A stretch of 64,000 nucleotides of DNA from assembly GCA_021774445.1 (NCBI GenBank), contig JAJFJA010000056.1, positions 18,347-82,346 on the forward strand. Reading direction: 5' to 3'. This DNA comes from Alphaproteobacteria bacterium. GTDB taxonomy: Bacteria > Pseudomonadota > Alphaproteobacteria > UBA6615. Positions 10,157 to 19,360 of this stretch are shown piece by piece (the stretch's first letter is position 1; every line of letters begins with the position of its first letter). The notes beneath the pieces are model-generated. The model was not told the DNA's origin. It saw only the letters and a list, made by a program, of their open reading frames with translations, and searched no databases. The position numbers and the translations under genes were made by a program.

Positions 10157-11401
10157 CTATTTCCCGAGAATTCGGTTGGCCTCGCTGGCGGCCGTGGCGA
10201 GAGCCTCGGCCGGCTCGGCTTCTCCGAGATAGATTCTCTGCAAGGCGCGCACGGTGGTATCGGCGACTTCTTCCCAACCGGCGATAACCGGTGCGAAGCG
10301 GGCATCCGGCAATACGGCAGAGAAGACCTTCAGATCCTCATCGTTTTGGAAATGATCTTCCTGAGACACAGCCACGTTGACCGGTAGGAAGCCTTCGGTG
10401 CGGGTGAATTTCGAGCGCCAGTCGTCCTGGAAAATGAAATCCAGGAAGGCCCAGGCATCATCCTTCACCTCGGAGTTATCGAACATGACGATGGAGTCGG
10501 TGACGCCATATGTCCCGTTGGCGCCGCCGGACGGAATGGCAGCCACGCCATAGTTAAGGTCCGGTGCTTCGGTCTTGATCTGGCTCGATAGGAAAGGTGC
10601 GGTGATCATCATCCCGACACGGCCTTCCTTGAACAGGTTCTGCACGTCCTCACGGGTGTTGGCCGTGACGCCGGGCTGGGTAGAGCCGTCGTCGATGAGC
10701 GATTTGTATAATGTCGCCGCCTTCAAAGCCGCGTCGCTGTCGACGCCGCTGGAGCCATCATCGTTGAGGATCGAGCCGCCGAACGCCCACATGGCATAGT
10801 AGAAATAGACGTCGGTCTCGATCTCATTGCCCTGGAGACCGTAACCAAAGGTGTTGTCACCGAGGGCGGAGATCGCCTTGGCCGTCGTTACAAGATCATC
10901 CCAGGTCGCGGGCGGGCCATCGACATTGGCCTGGGCCAATAGATCCTTGTTGTAGTACATGGCGCGCGCCGAAGCGGCGATCGGCAGTCCGTAGGTCTTG
11001 CCGCCCATCACCGACGGTGACAGGAAGGTGGCGATGAAGCGGTTGCGGAAGTCGTCGTCCATGAAGGAGTCGAGCTCGGACACAACGTCCTGTTCGACGA
11101 AATCCACGAGCCAACGGGTGCCGATGATGGCCAAGTCGGAGTTGGCATTGCCGGAGATGTCGGTGGTCAGTTTTTGCAACAAGACATCCCAGGGGACGAC
11201 TTCGATCTGAATGTCGGTGTCAGGATTCGCCGCCTCAAAGGCCGCCGCCGCCTCTTGGAAATACGGTCCGGTCGCCGAGCTGTATTCGGCAACCGTCACA
11301 CGCACTTCGGCTGCTTGTGCCGTGGCAATCCCGCCCAACAGCAGCGCTGCCGCCGACGCGGCAGTAATTTGGGCCGCGAGGCGCCCATTTAATGGCATCA
11401 T
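10157..11401 (-). CDS. ABC transporter extracellular solute-binding protein (family 1, sugar)
   Basis: 414 aa with an N-terminal signal peptide (AAALLLGGIATAQA). Size and composition are typical of a CUT1 substrate-binding protein, and it heads the minus-strand transporter operon. Confidence 0.8.
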   Translation of the reverse strand: MMPLNGRLAAQITAASAAALLLGGIATAQAAEVRVTVAEYSSATGPYFQEAAAAFEAANPDTDIQIEVVPWDVLLQKLTTDISGNANSDLAIIGTRWLVDFVEQDVVSELDSFMDDDFRNRFIATFLSPSVMGGKTYGLPIAASARAMYYNKDLLAQANVDGPPATWDDLVTTAKAISALGDNTFGYGLQGNEIETDVYFYYAMWAFGGSILNDDGSSGVDSDAALKAATLYKSLIDDGSTQPGVTANTREDVQNLFKEGRVGMMITAPFLSSQIKTEAPDLNYGVAAIPSGGANGTYGVTDSIVMFDNSEVKDDAWAFLDFIFQDDWRSKFTRTEGFLPVNVAVSQEDHFQNDEDLKVFSAVLPDARFAPVIAGWEEVADTTVRALQRIYLGEAEPAEALATAASEANRILGK

Positions 11402-11636
11402 TCGTTGTCCTCCCGGTATTCTATGACATCTAGATAGACGAATTGACTGTTATATCTATGAAAGTCTCTAACATTCTGAGCTGCTACGCAACCGTAAATG
11501 CGGCGCTTTTCTGCTCGCCAGCGGGCGCTGACATCGTGTGAAGGGCGCCCAGATAACGGAAAAACTGGCGGCGGGAGAACGTATCTAGCCGAAACACAGG
11601 TTTTGGGTTACTTTCCTACATACGAATGGAGGGCGA

Positions 11637-12815
11637 ATGTACCGAGCGCTTTACGCCTATGCTTGGGATCTCGCAGAAGGAACCGGCGATAGCGTCGCCG
11701 AGACCTTCTTGGGGTTGGGCGTCAATACGATCACCCTGGCTTGCGCCTACCATGCCGGAAAATTCATCCGGCCGCATGGCGCCGCCGGCAAAGTTTACTT
11801 TCCCGAAGATGGCACGGTCTATTTCAGGGCGCGACCGGAGCGGTACGGCAAAATCAAGCCGGTAATCAGTGCGTTAAGTCAGAATCGGGATGTGTTACAA
11901 GAACTGGTCGGGCGCGACGATATCCAGGCGAACGCGTGGGTCGTGCTGCTGCACAATACGCGACTGGGGTCGGCCTATCCCGATGCCGTGGTGCGCAATG
12001 CCTTTGGCGACGGCTACCGATACAGCCTGTGTGCGGCCAATCCCGATGTTCGAGCCTACGCCACCGCGCTTTGTGCCGATTTGAGCGATCGCTACGGAGT
12101 TTCCGGTCTTAGTCTGGAGACGCCGGGATTTCTGCCTTTTCGGCACGGGTTTCACCACGAATTTTCGCTGACGCCGATGAATGCGTGGCAGGAGACGTTG
12201 TTGGCGTTGTGCTTTTGCGATCATTGCAAGGCCGGTGCCGGTGGCGCCGGCATCGATGTGGGTGGCGTACAGTCACGGGTCGCCCAGGCGATCAGCGCCT
12301 ATCTCGAAAGCGACGTCGCGCCGGAGCCGGATATGGCGGCGGCCTGGCTGCTTGCCGATATCGTGGCGGACGGCGACCTGACGGCCTTTCTGCGATGGCG
12401 CTGCGATCAGGTCACCGCGTTAATTCGCGAGATTCGCGATGCCGTTCGCGATGATGCGACCATTGCGGTGATCCCGTCGGTGAATCGGCCAAGCAGCGCG
12501 GCCTGGCTCGAAGGCAGTGACCTGGAGGCGTTGGCGCAAACCGCCGATGTGCTTGAGGTGCCGCTTTACGAGCCGAGCCCGGAGCGGGTGCGAACCGATC
12601 TTTGGGACGTGCGGCGGCGGGTCGGTACCGCCGCGCGTCTGCGCGCGATATTGCGTCCCGGCCCACCCGACGCCAGCAGCGGGGCACAGGTCAAAGCGTG
12701 CGTCGACGCCGTGCGTGCGGCTGGGGTTTCCGACATAGCCTTCTACAACTACGGGCATTTGCGCGAGAGTTCGCTGCATTGGATGCGCGATGCGCTGGCA
12801 GGCGAGGGAAGCTAG
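11637..12815 (+). CDS. Hypothetical protein (unrecognised, possibly a TIM-barrel-like sugar-modifying enzyme)
   Basis: 392-aa ORF with coding-like composition and no motif I can assign. It is the first gene of the plus-strand operon divergent from the ABC transporter genes. Confidence 0.5.
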   Translation: MYRALYAYAWDLAEGTGDSVAETFLGLGVNTITLACAYHAGKFIRPHGAAGKVYFPEDGTVYFRARPERYGKIKPVISALSQNRDVLQELVGRDDIQANAWVVLLHNTRLGSAYPDAVVRNAFGDGYRYSLCAANPDVRAYATALCADLSDRYGVSGLSLETPGFLPFRHGFHHEFSLTPMNAWQETLLALCFCDHCKAGAGGAGIDVGGVQSRVAQAISAYLESDVAPEPDMAAAWLLADIVADGDLTAFLRWRCDQVTALIREIRDAVRDDATIAVIPSVNRPSSAAWLEGSDLEALAQTADVLEVPLYEPSPERVRTDLWDVRRRVGTAARLRAILRPGPPDASSGAQVKACVDAVRAAGVSDIAFYNYGHLRESSLHWMRDALAGEGS

Positions 12816-13594
12816 TGAAACGGTTTGACGACAAGGTGGTGGCGGTCACCGGTGGTGCGGGCGGGATCGGCCGGGCGCTCTGTGCGCGGTTCGCGGCGGA
12901 GGGTGCCCGGGTAGCGGTGGTCGACCGGGACGAAGCCGCCGCAAGGGAGGCAGCAGGCGAGATTGCGGGGGCGATGGCGGTTGCTCTCGACGTGGCGGAT
13001 GCGGACGGTGTCGCGGCAGGCTTTGGCGATGTGGATGCGACACTCGGGCCGGTCGATATCTTGGTGAATAATGCCGGGTTCGTACTCAAGCCAACTCTGG
13101 CAACCATGACGCCCGACGATTGGCAAGCGGAGGTTCAGGGTAATCTTGGCGGCGCCTATCATTGTGCGCGCGTGGTGATACCCGGCATGCAAACAAGGCG
13201 GTCGGGTTGCATCGTCAATATCAGTTCGGTCAACGGACTGCAGGTGTTGGGCCATCCAGCGTATAGCGCTGCCAAGGCCGGGCTGATCAACTTTACGAAG
13301 TCGTTGGCAGTAGAATATGGGCCGGATGGCATTCGGGCGAACGCGGTATGTCCGGGAACGGTGGCGACGCCGGTCTGGTCGGAGCGGGCAGCGCGGCGGC
13401 CGGAGGTTTTCGAGCGGTTGAAACAATGGTATCCGCTCGGCCGAATTGTCGAGCGCGAAGATGTGGCGAAGGCGGTTGCGTTTTTGGCCAGTGACGATGC
13501 GAGCGCGATCACCGGTGCGGTGCTGCCGGTCGATTGCGGGCTGAGCGCGGGCAACCGGGTGATGGCGTCGGAACTGACCTTGGAAGAGTATTAG
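12815..13594 (+). CDS. Short-chain dehydrogenase/reductase (SDR)
   Basis: GTG start overlapping the upstream stop (TAGTG). Rossmann motif VTGGAGGIGRA is present, along with a catalytic YSAAK (YxxxK) motif. Confidence 0.8.
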   Translation: MKRFDDKVVAVTGGAGGIGRALCARFAAEGARVAVVDRDEAAAREAAGEIAGAMAVALDVADADGVAAGFGDVDATLGPVDILVNNAGFVLKPTLATMTPDDWQAEVQGNLGGAYHCARVVIPGMQTRRSGCIVNISSVNGLQVLGHPAYSAAKAGLINFTKSLAVEYGPDGIRANAVCPGTVATPVWSERAARRPEVFERLKQWYPLGRIVEREDVAKAVAFLASDDASAITGAVLPVDCGLSAGNRVMASELTLEEY

Positions 13595-13610
13595 GGAGCG
13601 GAGGGCAGCC

Positions 13611-14678
13611 ATGGCGACCGTCAATCTGCGCGGTCTCGAGAAGAGCTACGGTGCGACCAAGGTGGTGCATGGCGTCGATCTGGAAATCGCCCATGGCGAA
13701 TTCGTCGTTCTGGTGGGGCCGTCCGGCTGCGGGAAATCGACCTTGCTGCGGATGATTGCCGGGTTGGAGGATATTACCGGCGGTGAGCTCTATATCGGCG
13801 GTGCGTTGGCGAACGCGCTGCCGCCGCAAAAACGCAATATCTCCATGGTGTTTCAGAGCTATGCGCTTTATCCGCATATGTCGACCTATAAGAACATCGC
13901 CTACGGACCGCGTATCCGTCATGAGCCGAGCGACGAGATCGACGGCAAGGTGAAGCAAGCGGCCGGTATCCTCAATCTTTTCGATTATCTCGACCGCCTG
14001 CCGAGACAATTGTCCGGCGGACAGCGACAGCGGGTGGCGATGGGACGGGCGATCGTGCGCGATCCCGCGGTGTTTCTGTTCGACGAACCGTTGTCCAACC
14101 TGGACGCAAAACTACGGGTGCAAATGCGCACCGAGATCAGGTCGTTGCATCAGCGTCTCGGCACAACCGTCGTATATGTGACACACGACCAGATCGAGGC
14201 AATGACGATGGCCGACCGTATCGTCGTGCTCGACCATGGCCGGGTGCAGCAGGCCGGACCGCCGCTGGAGCTCTACGACCATCCGGCCAATCTGTTCGTG
14301 GCCGGATTCCTGGGCTCGCCGGCGATGAATCTAATACCGGGGGTCGTCCGCCATGCCGACGGGGCGGTGCATGTCGAAATGAGCGATGGTGCGCGCATCG
14401 ACTTGGCGGGGCAGGATGCCGAAGAGGGCCGGTCGGTAATGCTTGGCGTGCGGCCGGAAGACTATCACTTGACCGGGACCGAGCAGGGGGCCGAGGCGGT
14501 GGTCAGTCTGGTGGAGCCGACCGGCGCCGATACCAATGTCTATGGTCAATTGGGCGGGGCCGAGTTCAGCGCGGTGTTTCACGAACGGCACCCGTTCAAG
14601 CCCGGCGACAAAATACGTCTGCGGCCGGACCCTGATCGGCTGCATCTTTTCGACGCAGATTTAGGACACCGGCTTTAA
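13611..14678 (+). CDS. Sugar ABC transporter ATP-binding protein (MalK/UgpC-like)
   Basis: Walker [10 protein letters not shown], signature LSGGQRQRV, Walker [11 protein letters not shown], plus a C-terminal MalK-type regulatory domain. Confidence 0.9.
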   Translation: MATVNLRGLEKSYGATKVVHGVDLEIAHGEFVVLVGPSGCGKSTLLRMIAGLEDITGGELYIGGALANALPPQKRNISMVFQSYALYPHMSTYKNIAYGPRIRHEPSDEIDGKVKQAAGILNLFDYLDRLPRQLSGGQRQRVAMGRAIVRDPAVFLFDEPLSNLDAKLRVQMRTEIRSLHQRLGTTVVYVTHDQIEAMTMADRIVVLDHGRVQQAGPPLELYDHPANLFVAGFLGSPAMNLIPGVVRHADGAVHVEMSDGARIDLAGQDAEEGRSVMLGVRPEDYHLTGTEQGAEAVVSLVEPTGADTNVYGQLGGAEFSAVFHERHPFKPGDKIRLRPDPDRLHLFDADLGHRL

Positions 14679-14703
14679 AGGCTGCGGGGCAAGCAAGAAT
14701 AGC

Positions 14704-16164
14704 ATGAGCATGATGGATGAGACGGCGGAGACATATGATGTGATATTCCGCGGCGCGCAAATCGTCGACGGAACGGGCGCGGCGCCGTTTGCCGGCGATC
14801 TGGCGATTCGTGGCGACCGGATCGCGGTCATCGCCGCCGCGGGTACGCTAAGCAGGGCCAAGCAAGATATCGACGCAAGCGGACAGGCGATTTCGCCCGG
14901 GTTTATCGACACGCACACCCATGACGACAACGCCGTCCTGATCGCGCCTGAGATGACGCCGAAGGTCAGCCAGGGCGTGACCACCGTGGTCGTGGGCAAT
15001 TGTGGCGTCAGCTTGGCGCCGACCGTGCTGCCGGGGGATCCACCGCCGCCGTTGAACCTACTGGGCAAGCGGGACGATTTTCGCTTCGAGGGTTTTGCCG
15101 ATTATGTGACAGCGGTCGAGCAGGCGCGGCCGGCGGTCAATGTGGTCGGCTTGGTCGGGCATAGCAGTCTGCGCGTCAGCGCCATGGAGCGGGTCGACCG
15201 GCGGGCCAGCACGGCCGAGATTGCGGTGATGCAGGAAGCGTTGGCCGAAGGGCTCGCGGCCGGTGCGGCGGGGTTCAGCACCGGTTTGTACTACAAACCA
15301 AACATGGCGGCCGACATGGACGAAGTCGTGGCCCTGGCGGCGCTGGTCGGCGCCGCCGGCGGCGTGTATGCGACGCATATGCGCGATGAGCATGTGCATG
15401 TCCTCGAGTCCCTCAATGAAACATTCGAGACGGCGCGGCGCGCCGGCACGACGGTGGTCATCTCGCACCATAAATGCTCGGGTCGGGAAAATTGGGGGCG
15501 CAGCCGCGAGACATTGCCGGTCATTGCCGCGGCCGGCGAGAGACAGCCGGTCGGTCTCGATGCCTATCCCTACGCCGCCGGCTCGACGGTGCTCGATGTC
15601 GATCACGTCGACGCGGAAATCCCCATCCTGATCACCTGGTCCGACGCGGTGCCGGAGGCGACCGGGCGCTATCTTGCCGACCTTGCGAAAGACTGGGGCT
15701 GCGATGTGTTCGAGGCGGCGCGCCGTCTGGATCCGGCCGGGGCGATTTATTTTCAGATGGCCGAGGAGGATGTGCGGCGCATCCTGGCGTTTCCCGGAAC
15801 GATGATCGGCTCAGACGGGCTGCCCCATGACAAGCATCCGCATCCACGGTTGTGGGGTACCTTCCCACGGGTAATCGGCCACTATGGCCGGGAGGTCGGG
15901 TTGTTTCCGCTGGAGGTGGCGGTCCATAAGATGACCGGCCTGGCGGCGGAACGGTTCGGTCTGAAGGATCGTGGCGTGCTGCGGGAGGGCGCGTATGCGG
16001 ATCTTGTGATGTTCGATCCGGTGGCGATTATCGACACCGCGACTTTCGAAGCGCCGGTGCAACCGGCACACGGCATATCTTTGGTGATGGTAAATGGTGT
16101 CGCCGCCTGGCGAGACGGCGCCGCCGGAGATCGAGCGGGCCGGTTTTTGCGCCGTGGGTCGTGA
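14704..16164 (+). CDS. N-acyl-D-amino-acid deacylase family amidohydrolase (D-aminoacylase-like)
   Basis: 486 aa with the metal-binding DTHTHDD motif near the N-terminus, an amidohydrolase fold and a C-terminal beta domain. Confidence 0.75.
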   Translation: MSMMDETAETYDVIFRGAQIVDGTGAAPFAGDLAIRGDRIAVIAAAGTLSRAKQDIDASGQAISPGFIDTHTHDDNAVLIAPEMTPKVSQGVTTVVVGNCGVSLAPTVLPGDPPPPLNLLGKRDDFRFEGFADYVTAVEQARPAVNVVGLVGHSSLRVSAMERVDRRASTAEIAVMQEALAEGLAAGAAGFSTGLYYKPNMAADMDEVVALAALVGAAGGVYATHMRDEHVHVLESLNETFETARRAGTTVVISHHKCSGRENWGRSRETLPVIAAAGERQPVGLDAYPYAAGSTVLDVDHVDAEIPILITWSDAVPEATGRYLADLAKDWGCDVFEAARRLDPAGAIYFQMAEEDVRRILAFPGTMIGSDGLPHDKHPHPRLWGTFPRVIGHYGREVGLFPLEVAVHKMTGLAAERFGLKDRGVLREGAYADLVMFDPVAIIDTATFEAPVQPAHGISLVMVNGVAAWRDGAAGDRAGRFLRRGS

Positions 16165-16206
16165 GCAGTCGGGGGTCGTGAGCCGCTGGGGATCGTGAGC
16201 AAACGA

Positions 16207-16240
16207 GGAGGGGGCAACCGCCCCCTCTCGGCGTTTGTTC
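16207..16240. terminator. Bidirectional intrinsic terminator between the aminoacylase gene (+) and flagellin 1 (-)
   Basis: GC-rich hairpin GAGGGGGC-AACC-GCCCCCTC followed by a T-rich tract (tcggcgtttgttc). Confidence 0.55.
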
Positions 16241-16249
16241 GGGCAGTGA

Positions 16250-17071
16250 TTAGCTGAAGAGCTGCAGGACGGACTGTTCGGACTGTCCGGCGAAAGCGAG
16301 GGCCTGGACACCCAACTGCTGCCGGGTCTGCAGGGCGACGAGATTGGCGCCTTCCTCGTTGATGTCGGCGAGGGTTAGCTTGCCGGCACCTTCTTCCAGC
16401 GTGTTCACGTAGGACTTGGTGAAGTCCAAGCGGGTCTGGAGCAGAGCGACACGAGAACCCAGGGACTGGGCATTGCCGCGCAGCGTGCTAACCGCGGTGG
16501 CGAGCTGGGTCAGAGCGGCATCGACAATACTGCCAGCGCTGAAGTTAGCGGCCGATGATATGCTCAAACCGGTTGAGGCGGTGCGCAGGTCAATCGAGTT
16601 GATGGTCAGAACGCTGGTCGAGGAGGTGCCGAATTCAACGGTCAATGTGGTGCCGGTGCCATTGACCAGGTTGTTGCCCTGATAGACCGCGTCTCCGGCC
16701 AGGTTGTCGATTTGCGTCTTCAACTCATTATACTGGGTGACGATCGCCGCCAATTCCGTGCCGGTCGCCGATTTGGCGCCGATGGCGATACCCTTCATCT
16801 GCTTGACGATGGAATCGATGGAATTGACGGTGTCGAGGGTTACCTTGACCGAGCTGATGGCCTGATCGATGCCGTCCTTCTTTTCGGCAATGTCGAAGGC
16901 GCGGTCGCTGAGGGCCTTGGCCTCGAAGAAGGCGCGACCGTCGTCGAGGGGACTGGCGACACGCAGGCCGGTCGAAAGACGGCCCTGGGTGCGCGAGATC
17001 AGATCCTGGGTTCCCTGCAGCGCGAGGAGATTGGTTCGGACTGCTGCTGTGAGTTGGATATCACCGGCCAT
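16250..17071 (-). CDS. fliC: Flagellin (paralog 1, about 273 aa short alphaproteobacterial type)
   Basis: N-terminal axial motif NRLSTGLRV-like (RLSTGLRVASPLDDGRAFFEAK) and C-terminal LVALQTRQQLGVQALAFAGQSEQSVLQLFS. Start set at MAGDIQ by alignment with the paralogs. Confidence 0.9.
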   Translation of the reverse strand: MAGDIQLTAAVRTNLLALQGTQDLISRTQGRLSTGLRVASPLDDGRAFFEAKALSDRAFDIAEKKDGIDQAISSVKVTLDTVNSIDSIVKQMKGIAIGAKSATGTELAAIVTQYNELKTQIDNLAGDAVYQGNNLVNGTGTTLTVEFGTSSTSVLTINSIDLRTASTGLSISSAANFSAGSIVDAALTQLATAVSTLRGNAQSLGSRVALLQTRLDFTKSYVNTLEEGAGKLTLADINEEGANLVALQTRQQLGVQALAFAGQSEQSVLQLFS

Positions 17072-17130
17072 TTTTGGCACCTTTCCATTCTGAACGTCGA
17101 GGCCGACCGAGCCGGCTCAAGGGTCATAGA

Positions 17131-17146
17131 GCAACAGGCGTGCCAA
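17131..17146 (-). promoter_or_regulatory. Sigma-54 (-24/-12) promoter for flagellin 1
   Basis: The minus strand reads TTGGCACGCCTGTTGCT, i.e. TGGCACG-N4-TTGCT, which matches the consensus exactly. It lies about 60 nt upstream of the start codon. Confidence 0.6.
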
Positions 17147-17254
17147 CTTGAAAATTCGGCTAAAAACCACGTTAAATCAGATACTTGCAGTCTTGTTGTT
17201 GGTTGTTTCTCGGGCCTTGGGTCCGATGCTGCCCGGCAAGAGAGACCCCAATTG

Positions 17255-17305
17255 CGGCAAACCTTGCCGGGAACGGGCAAGGGTTTGGCGGCAAAGGTTG
17301 CCGGG
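17255..17305. promoter_or_regulatory. Array of dyad sites CGGCAAA-NN-TTGCCGG (enhancer-like, FlbD/ftr-type) upstream of the flagellin 1 sigma-54 promoter
   Basis: CGGCAAACCTTGCCGGG (17255-17271), inverted degenerate copy GGGCAAGGGTTTGGC (17275-17289), CGGCAAAGGTTGCCGGG (17289-17305). A half-site CCCGGCAAG lies at 17232-17240. Confidence 0.5.
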
Positions 17306-17365
17306 ACACGGTTGATCGGTCCGGCGATGGGAACCACCGGGCGATCAGTTGGGCGTGGAGATGGC

Positions 17366-17403
17366 TTGGAAAGAAATGGGGGGGAGGGCGCGTGGCCCCC
17401 CCC
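17366..17403 (-). terminator. Intrinsic terminator downstream of flagellin 2
   Basis: G7/C8 hairpin (gggggggagggcgcgtggcccccccc) followed on the minus-strand RNA by AUUUCUUUCC. Confidence 0.55.
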
Positions 17404-17429
17404 AGGTAACTTCGTACGACTTCGGACGA

Positions 17430-18248
17430 CTACTGGAAGAGAGATAGAACCGATTGCTCGGACTGACCGGCAAAGGCGAGGGCGGAAATACCGAGTTGCT
17501 GTCTTGTCTGCAGCGATACCAGGTTGGCCCCTTCCTCATTGATGTTGGCCAGGGTGAGCTTGCCGGCGCCTTCCTCCAAGTCATTTACATAGGCACCCGT
17601 AAAGTCCAGGCGAACTTGCAGCAACGCGACGTTTGAGCCGAGCGAGGACGCATTGCCTCGCAGGGTGGTAATCGCCGTATTCAACTGCGTGATCGCCGCA
17701 TCAACAACACTGGTAGCACTGAAATTGGCCGCCGAAGTAATGGCGAGACCAGTACTGCCAGTTTGCAGGTTAACCGCGCTAATGGACAAGATACTGGTGC
17801 TGACCGTGCCGAACGAAACGTCCAGCGTGGTGGTCGTGTTGTTCACCAGGTTCAATCCCTGATAGCTGGCGTCGCCTGCGAGGTTGTTGATTTGTGTGCG
17901 AAGCGAGTTGTATTGGCTCACGATTGCGGTTAGTTCCGAGCCCGTGGCGGACTTGGCGCTGATCGCGAGCCCCTTTAACTGCCGCACCAGCGTGTCTACT
18001 GCCTCAACTGCTTCGAGGGCAGTTTTCACGGAGCTGATACCTTGGTCGATGCCGTCTTTCTTTTCAGCGAAATCGGAGGCGCGGTCGGCAAGCGACTTCG
18101 CCTCGAAGAACGCCTTCGAGTCGTCAATCGGGCTGGAAACCCGAAGACCAGTGGATAGACGATTTTGGGTCTTGTCGATCAAGGATTGAGTCTTGCCCAG
18201 TGTTAGCAGGTTGGCACGAACGGCGGCATTCAAGGTTATTTCAGCCAT
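17430..18248 (-). CDS. fliC: Flagellin (paralog 2)
   Basis: MAEITLNAAVRANLL N-terminus, NRLSTGLRVSSPIDDSKAFFEAK, C-terminal QTRQQLGISALAFAGQSEQSVLSLFQ. Confidence 0.9.
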   Translation of the reverse strand: MAEITLNAAVRANLLTLGKTQSLIDKTQNRLSTGLRVSSPIDDSKAFFEAKSLADRASDFAEKKDGIDQGISSVKTALEAVEAVDTLVRQLKGLAISAKSATGSELTAIVSQYNSLRTQINNLAGDASYQGLNLVNNTTTTLDVSFGTVSTSILSISAVNLQTGSTGLAITSAANFSATSVVDAAITQLNTAITTLRGNASSLGSNVALLQVRLDFTGAYVNDLEEGAGKLTLANINEEGANLVSLQTRQQLGISALAFAGQSEQSVLSLFQ

Positions 18249-18307
18249 GATTTCTGTCCTCATTCTGAAGTGGCTATTACAAGAGCTTCTGCTCCGACGA
18301 GGACTGC

Positions 18308-18322
18308 AGCAATTATCGGGCC
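18308..18322 (-). promoter_or_regulatory. Sigma-54-like promoter for flagellin 2
   Basis: The minus strand reads TGGCCCGATAATTGCTG, with GG-N10-GC spacing. Confidence 0.45.
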
Positions 18323-18410
18323 ATTATTTTATTGAGCTATTTCATATGGTTATGCTCTTTCTTGGCCCCTGGCGATGGAAAGAATGTGCTGGCTAGGAAA
18401 TATTTGCCGG

Positions 18411-18440
18411 ACAAAAAAAGGGGGGCCGAAGCCCCCCTTA
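18411..18440 (-). terminator. Intrinsic terminator downstream of flagellin 3
   Basis: Minus-strand RNA reads GGGGGGC-UUCG-GCCCCCC followed by U9. The plus strand reads acaaaaaaaggggggccgaagcccccc. Confidence 0.75.
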
Positions 18441-18466
18441 AGGATACGTTCAGATGGAATCCGGGT

Positions 18467-19288
18467 TTACCGGAAGAGTGACAACACCGACTGCTCGGAC
18501 TGGCCGGCGAAGGCGAGGGCGGAGATACCCAACTGCTGCCTTGTCTGCAGCGATACCAGGTTGGCACCTTCCTCGTTGATGTCGGCGAGGGTGAGCTTGC
18601 CGGCACCTTCTTCGAGGCCATTCACATAGGACTTGGTGAAGTCCAAACGAGCTTGAAGCAAAGCGACGTTGGAACCGAGCGAAGACGCGTTGCCTCGCAA
18701 GGTGGTGATCGCCGTGTCCAACTGAGTAATAGCCGCGTCGACAAGGCTGGTCGCGCTGAAGTTAGCGGCAGACGTAACAGAGAGGCCACCAACGGTGTTG
18801 GTCCGCAGATCAACGGCAGTGATGGACAGAGTACTCGTGGTCGCCGTGCCGAAGGAGACAGCCAGGGTCGACGTGGTGTTGTTGACCAGGTTGAGACCCT
18901 GATAACTGGCGTCACCGGCCAGGTTGTCGATCTGGGTCCGCAAGGAGTTGTACTGGCTGACGATGGACGTCAACTCAGTGCCGCTCGCGGATTTGGCGCT
19001 GATGGCCAGACCTTTGAGCTGGCGAACCAGCGTATCGACGGCCTCAACGGCCTCGAGGGCAGTTTTAACCGAGCTGATACCCTGATCGATACCGTCCTTT
19101 TTCTCGGAGAAATCCGAGGCGCGGTCGCTGAGCGACTTGGCCTCGAAAAACGCCTTCGAATCGTCAATCGGGCTGGAAACCCGAAGGCCGGTGGACAGAC
19201 GGTTCTGAGTTTTATCGATAAGGGATTGGGTGTTGCTGAGGGTCAACAGGTTCGACCGCACAGCGGCATTAAGGGTAATTTCAGCCAT
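18467..19288 (-). CDS. fliC: Flagellin (paralog 3)
   Basis: 273 aa. The N- and C-terminal domains are essentially identical to paralog 4 and the central domain diverges. Confidence 0.9.
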   Translation of the reverse strand: MAEITLNAAVRSNLLTLSNTQSLIDKTQNRLSTGLRVSSPIDDSKAFFEAKSLSDRASDFSEKKDGIDQGISSVKTALEAVEAVDTLVRQLKGLAISAKSASGTELTSIVSQYNSLRTQIDNLAGDASYQGLNLVNNTTSTLAVSFGTATTSTLSITAVDLRTNTVGGLSVTSAANFSATSLVDAAITQLDTAITTLRGNASSLGSNVALLQARLDFTKSYVNGLEEGAGKLTLADINEEGANLVSLQTRQQLGISALAFAGQSEQSVLSLFR

Positions 19289-19360
19289 TATTAGTGGTCC
19301 TCATTCTGAAGGTAAGTTATTGGAGCTTCTGCTCCAGACTAGTTCTGGAAATCCGGCGGT

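Noticed and set aside
12602-12814. 5' extension of the SDR ORF (the track ORF starts at 12602)
   Set aside because: It overlaps the 3' end of the upstream 392-aa gene in another frame, and its translation is Arg-rich. The GTG at 12815, overlapping the upstream stop and immediately preceding the Rossmann motif, is the plausible start.
16712-19294. Several plus-strand ORFs of 200-276 aa across the flagellin array (16712..17542, 18653..19294)
   Set aside because: They are antisense to the flagellin genes, which have unmistakable N- and C-terminal flagellin motifs. The antisense translations are Gly/Arg/Asp-rich.
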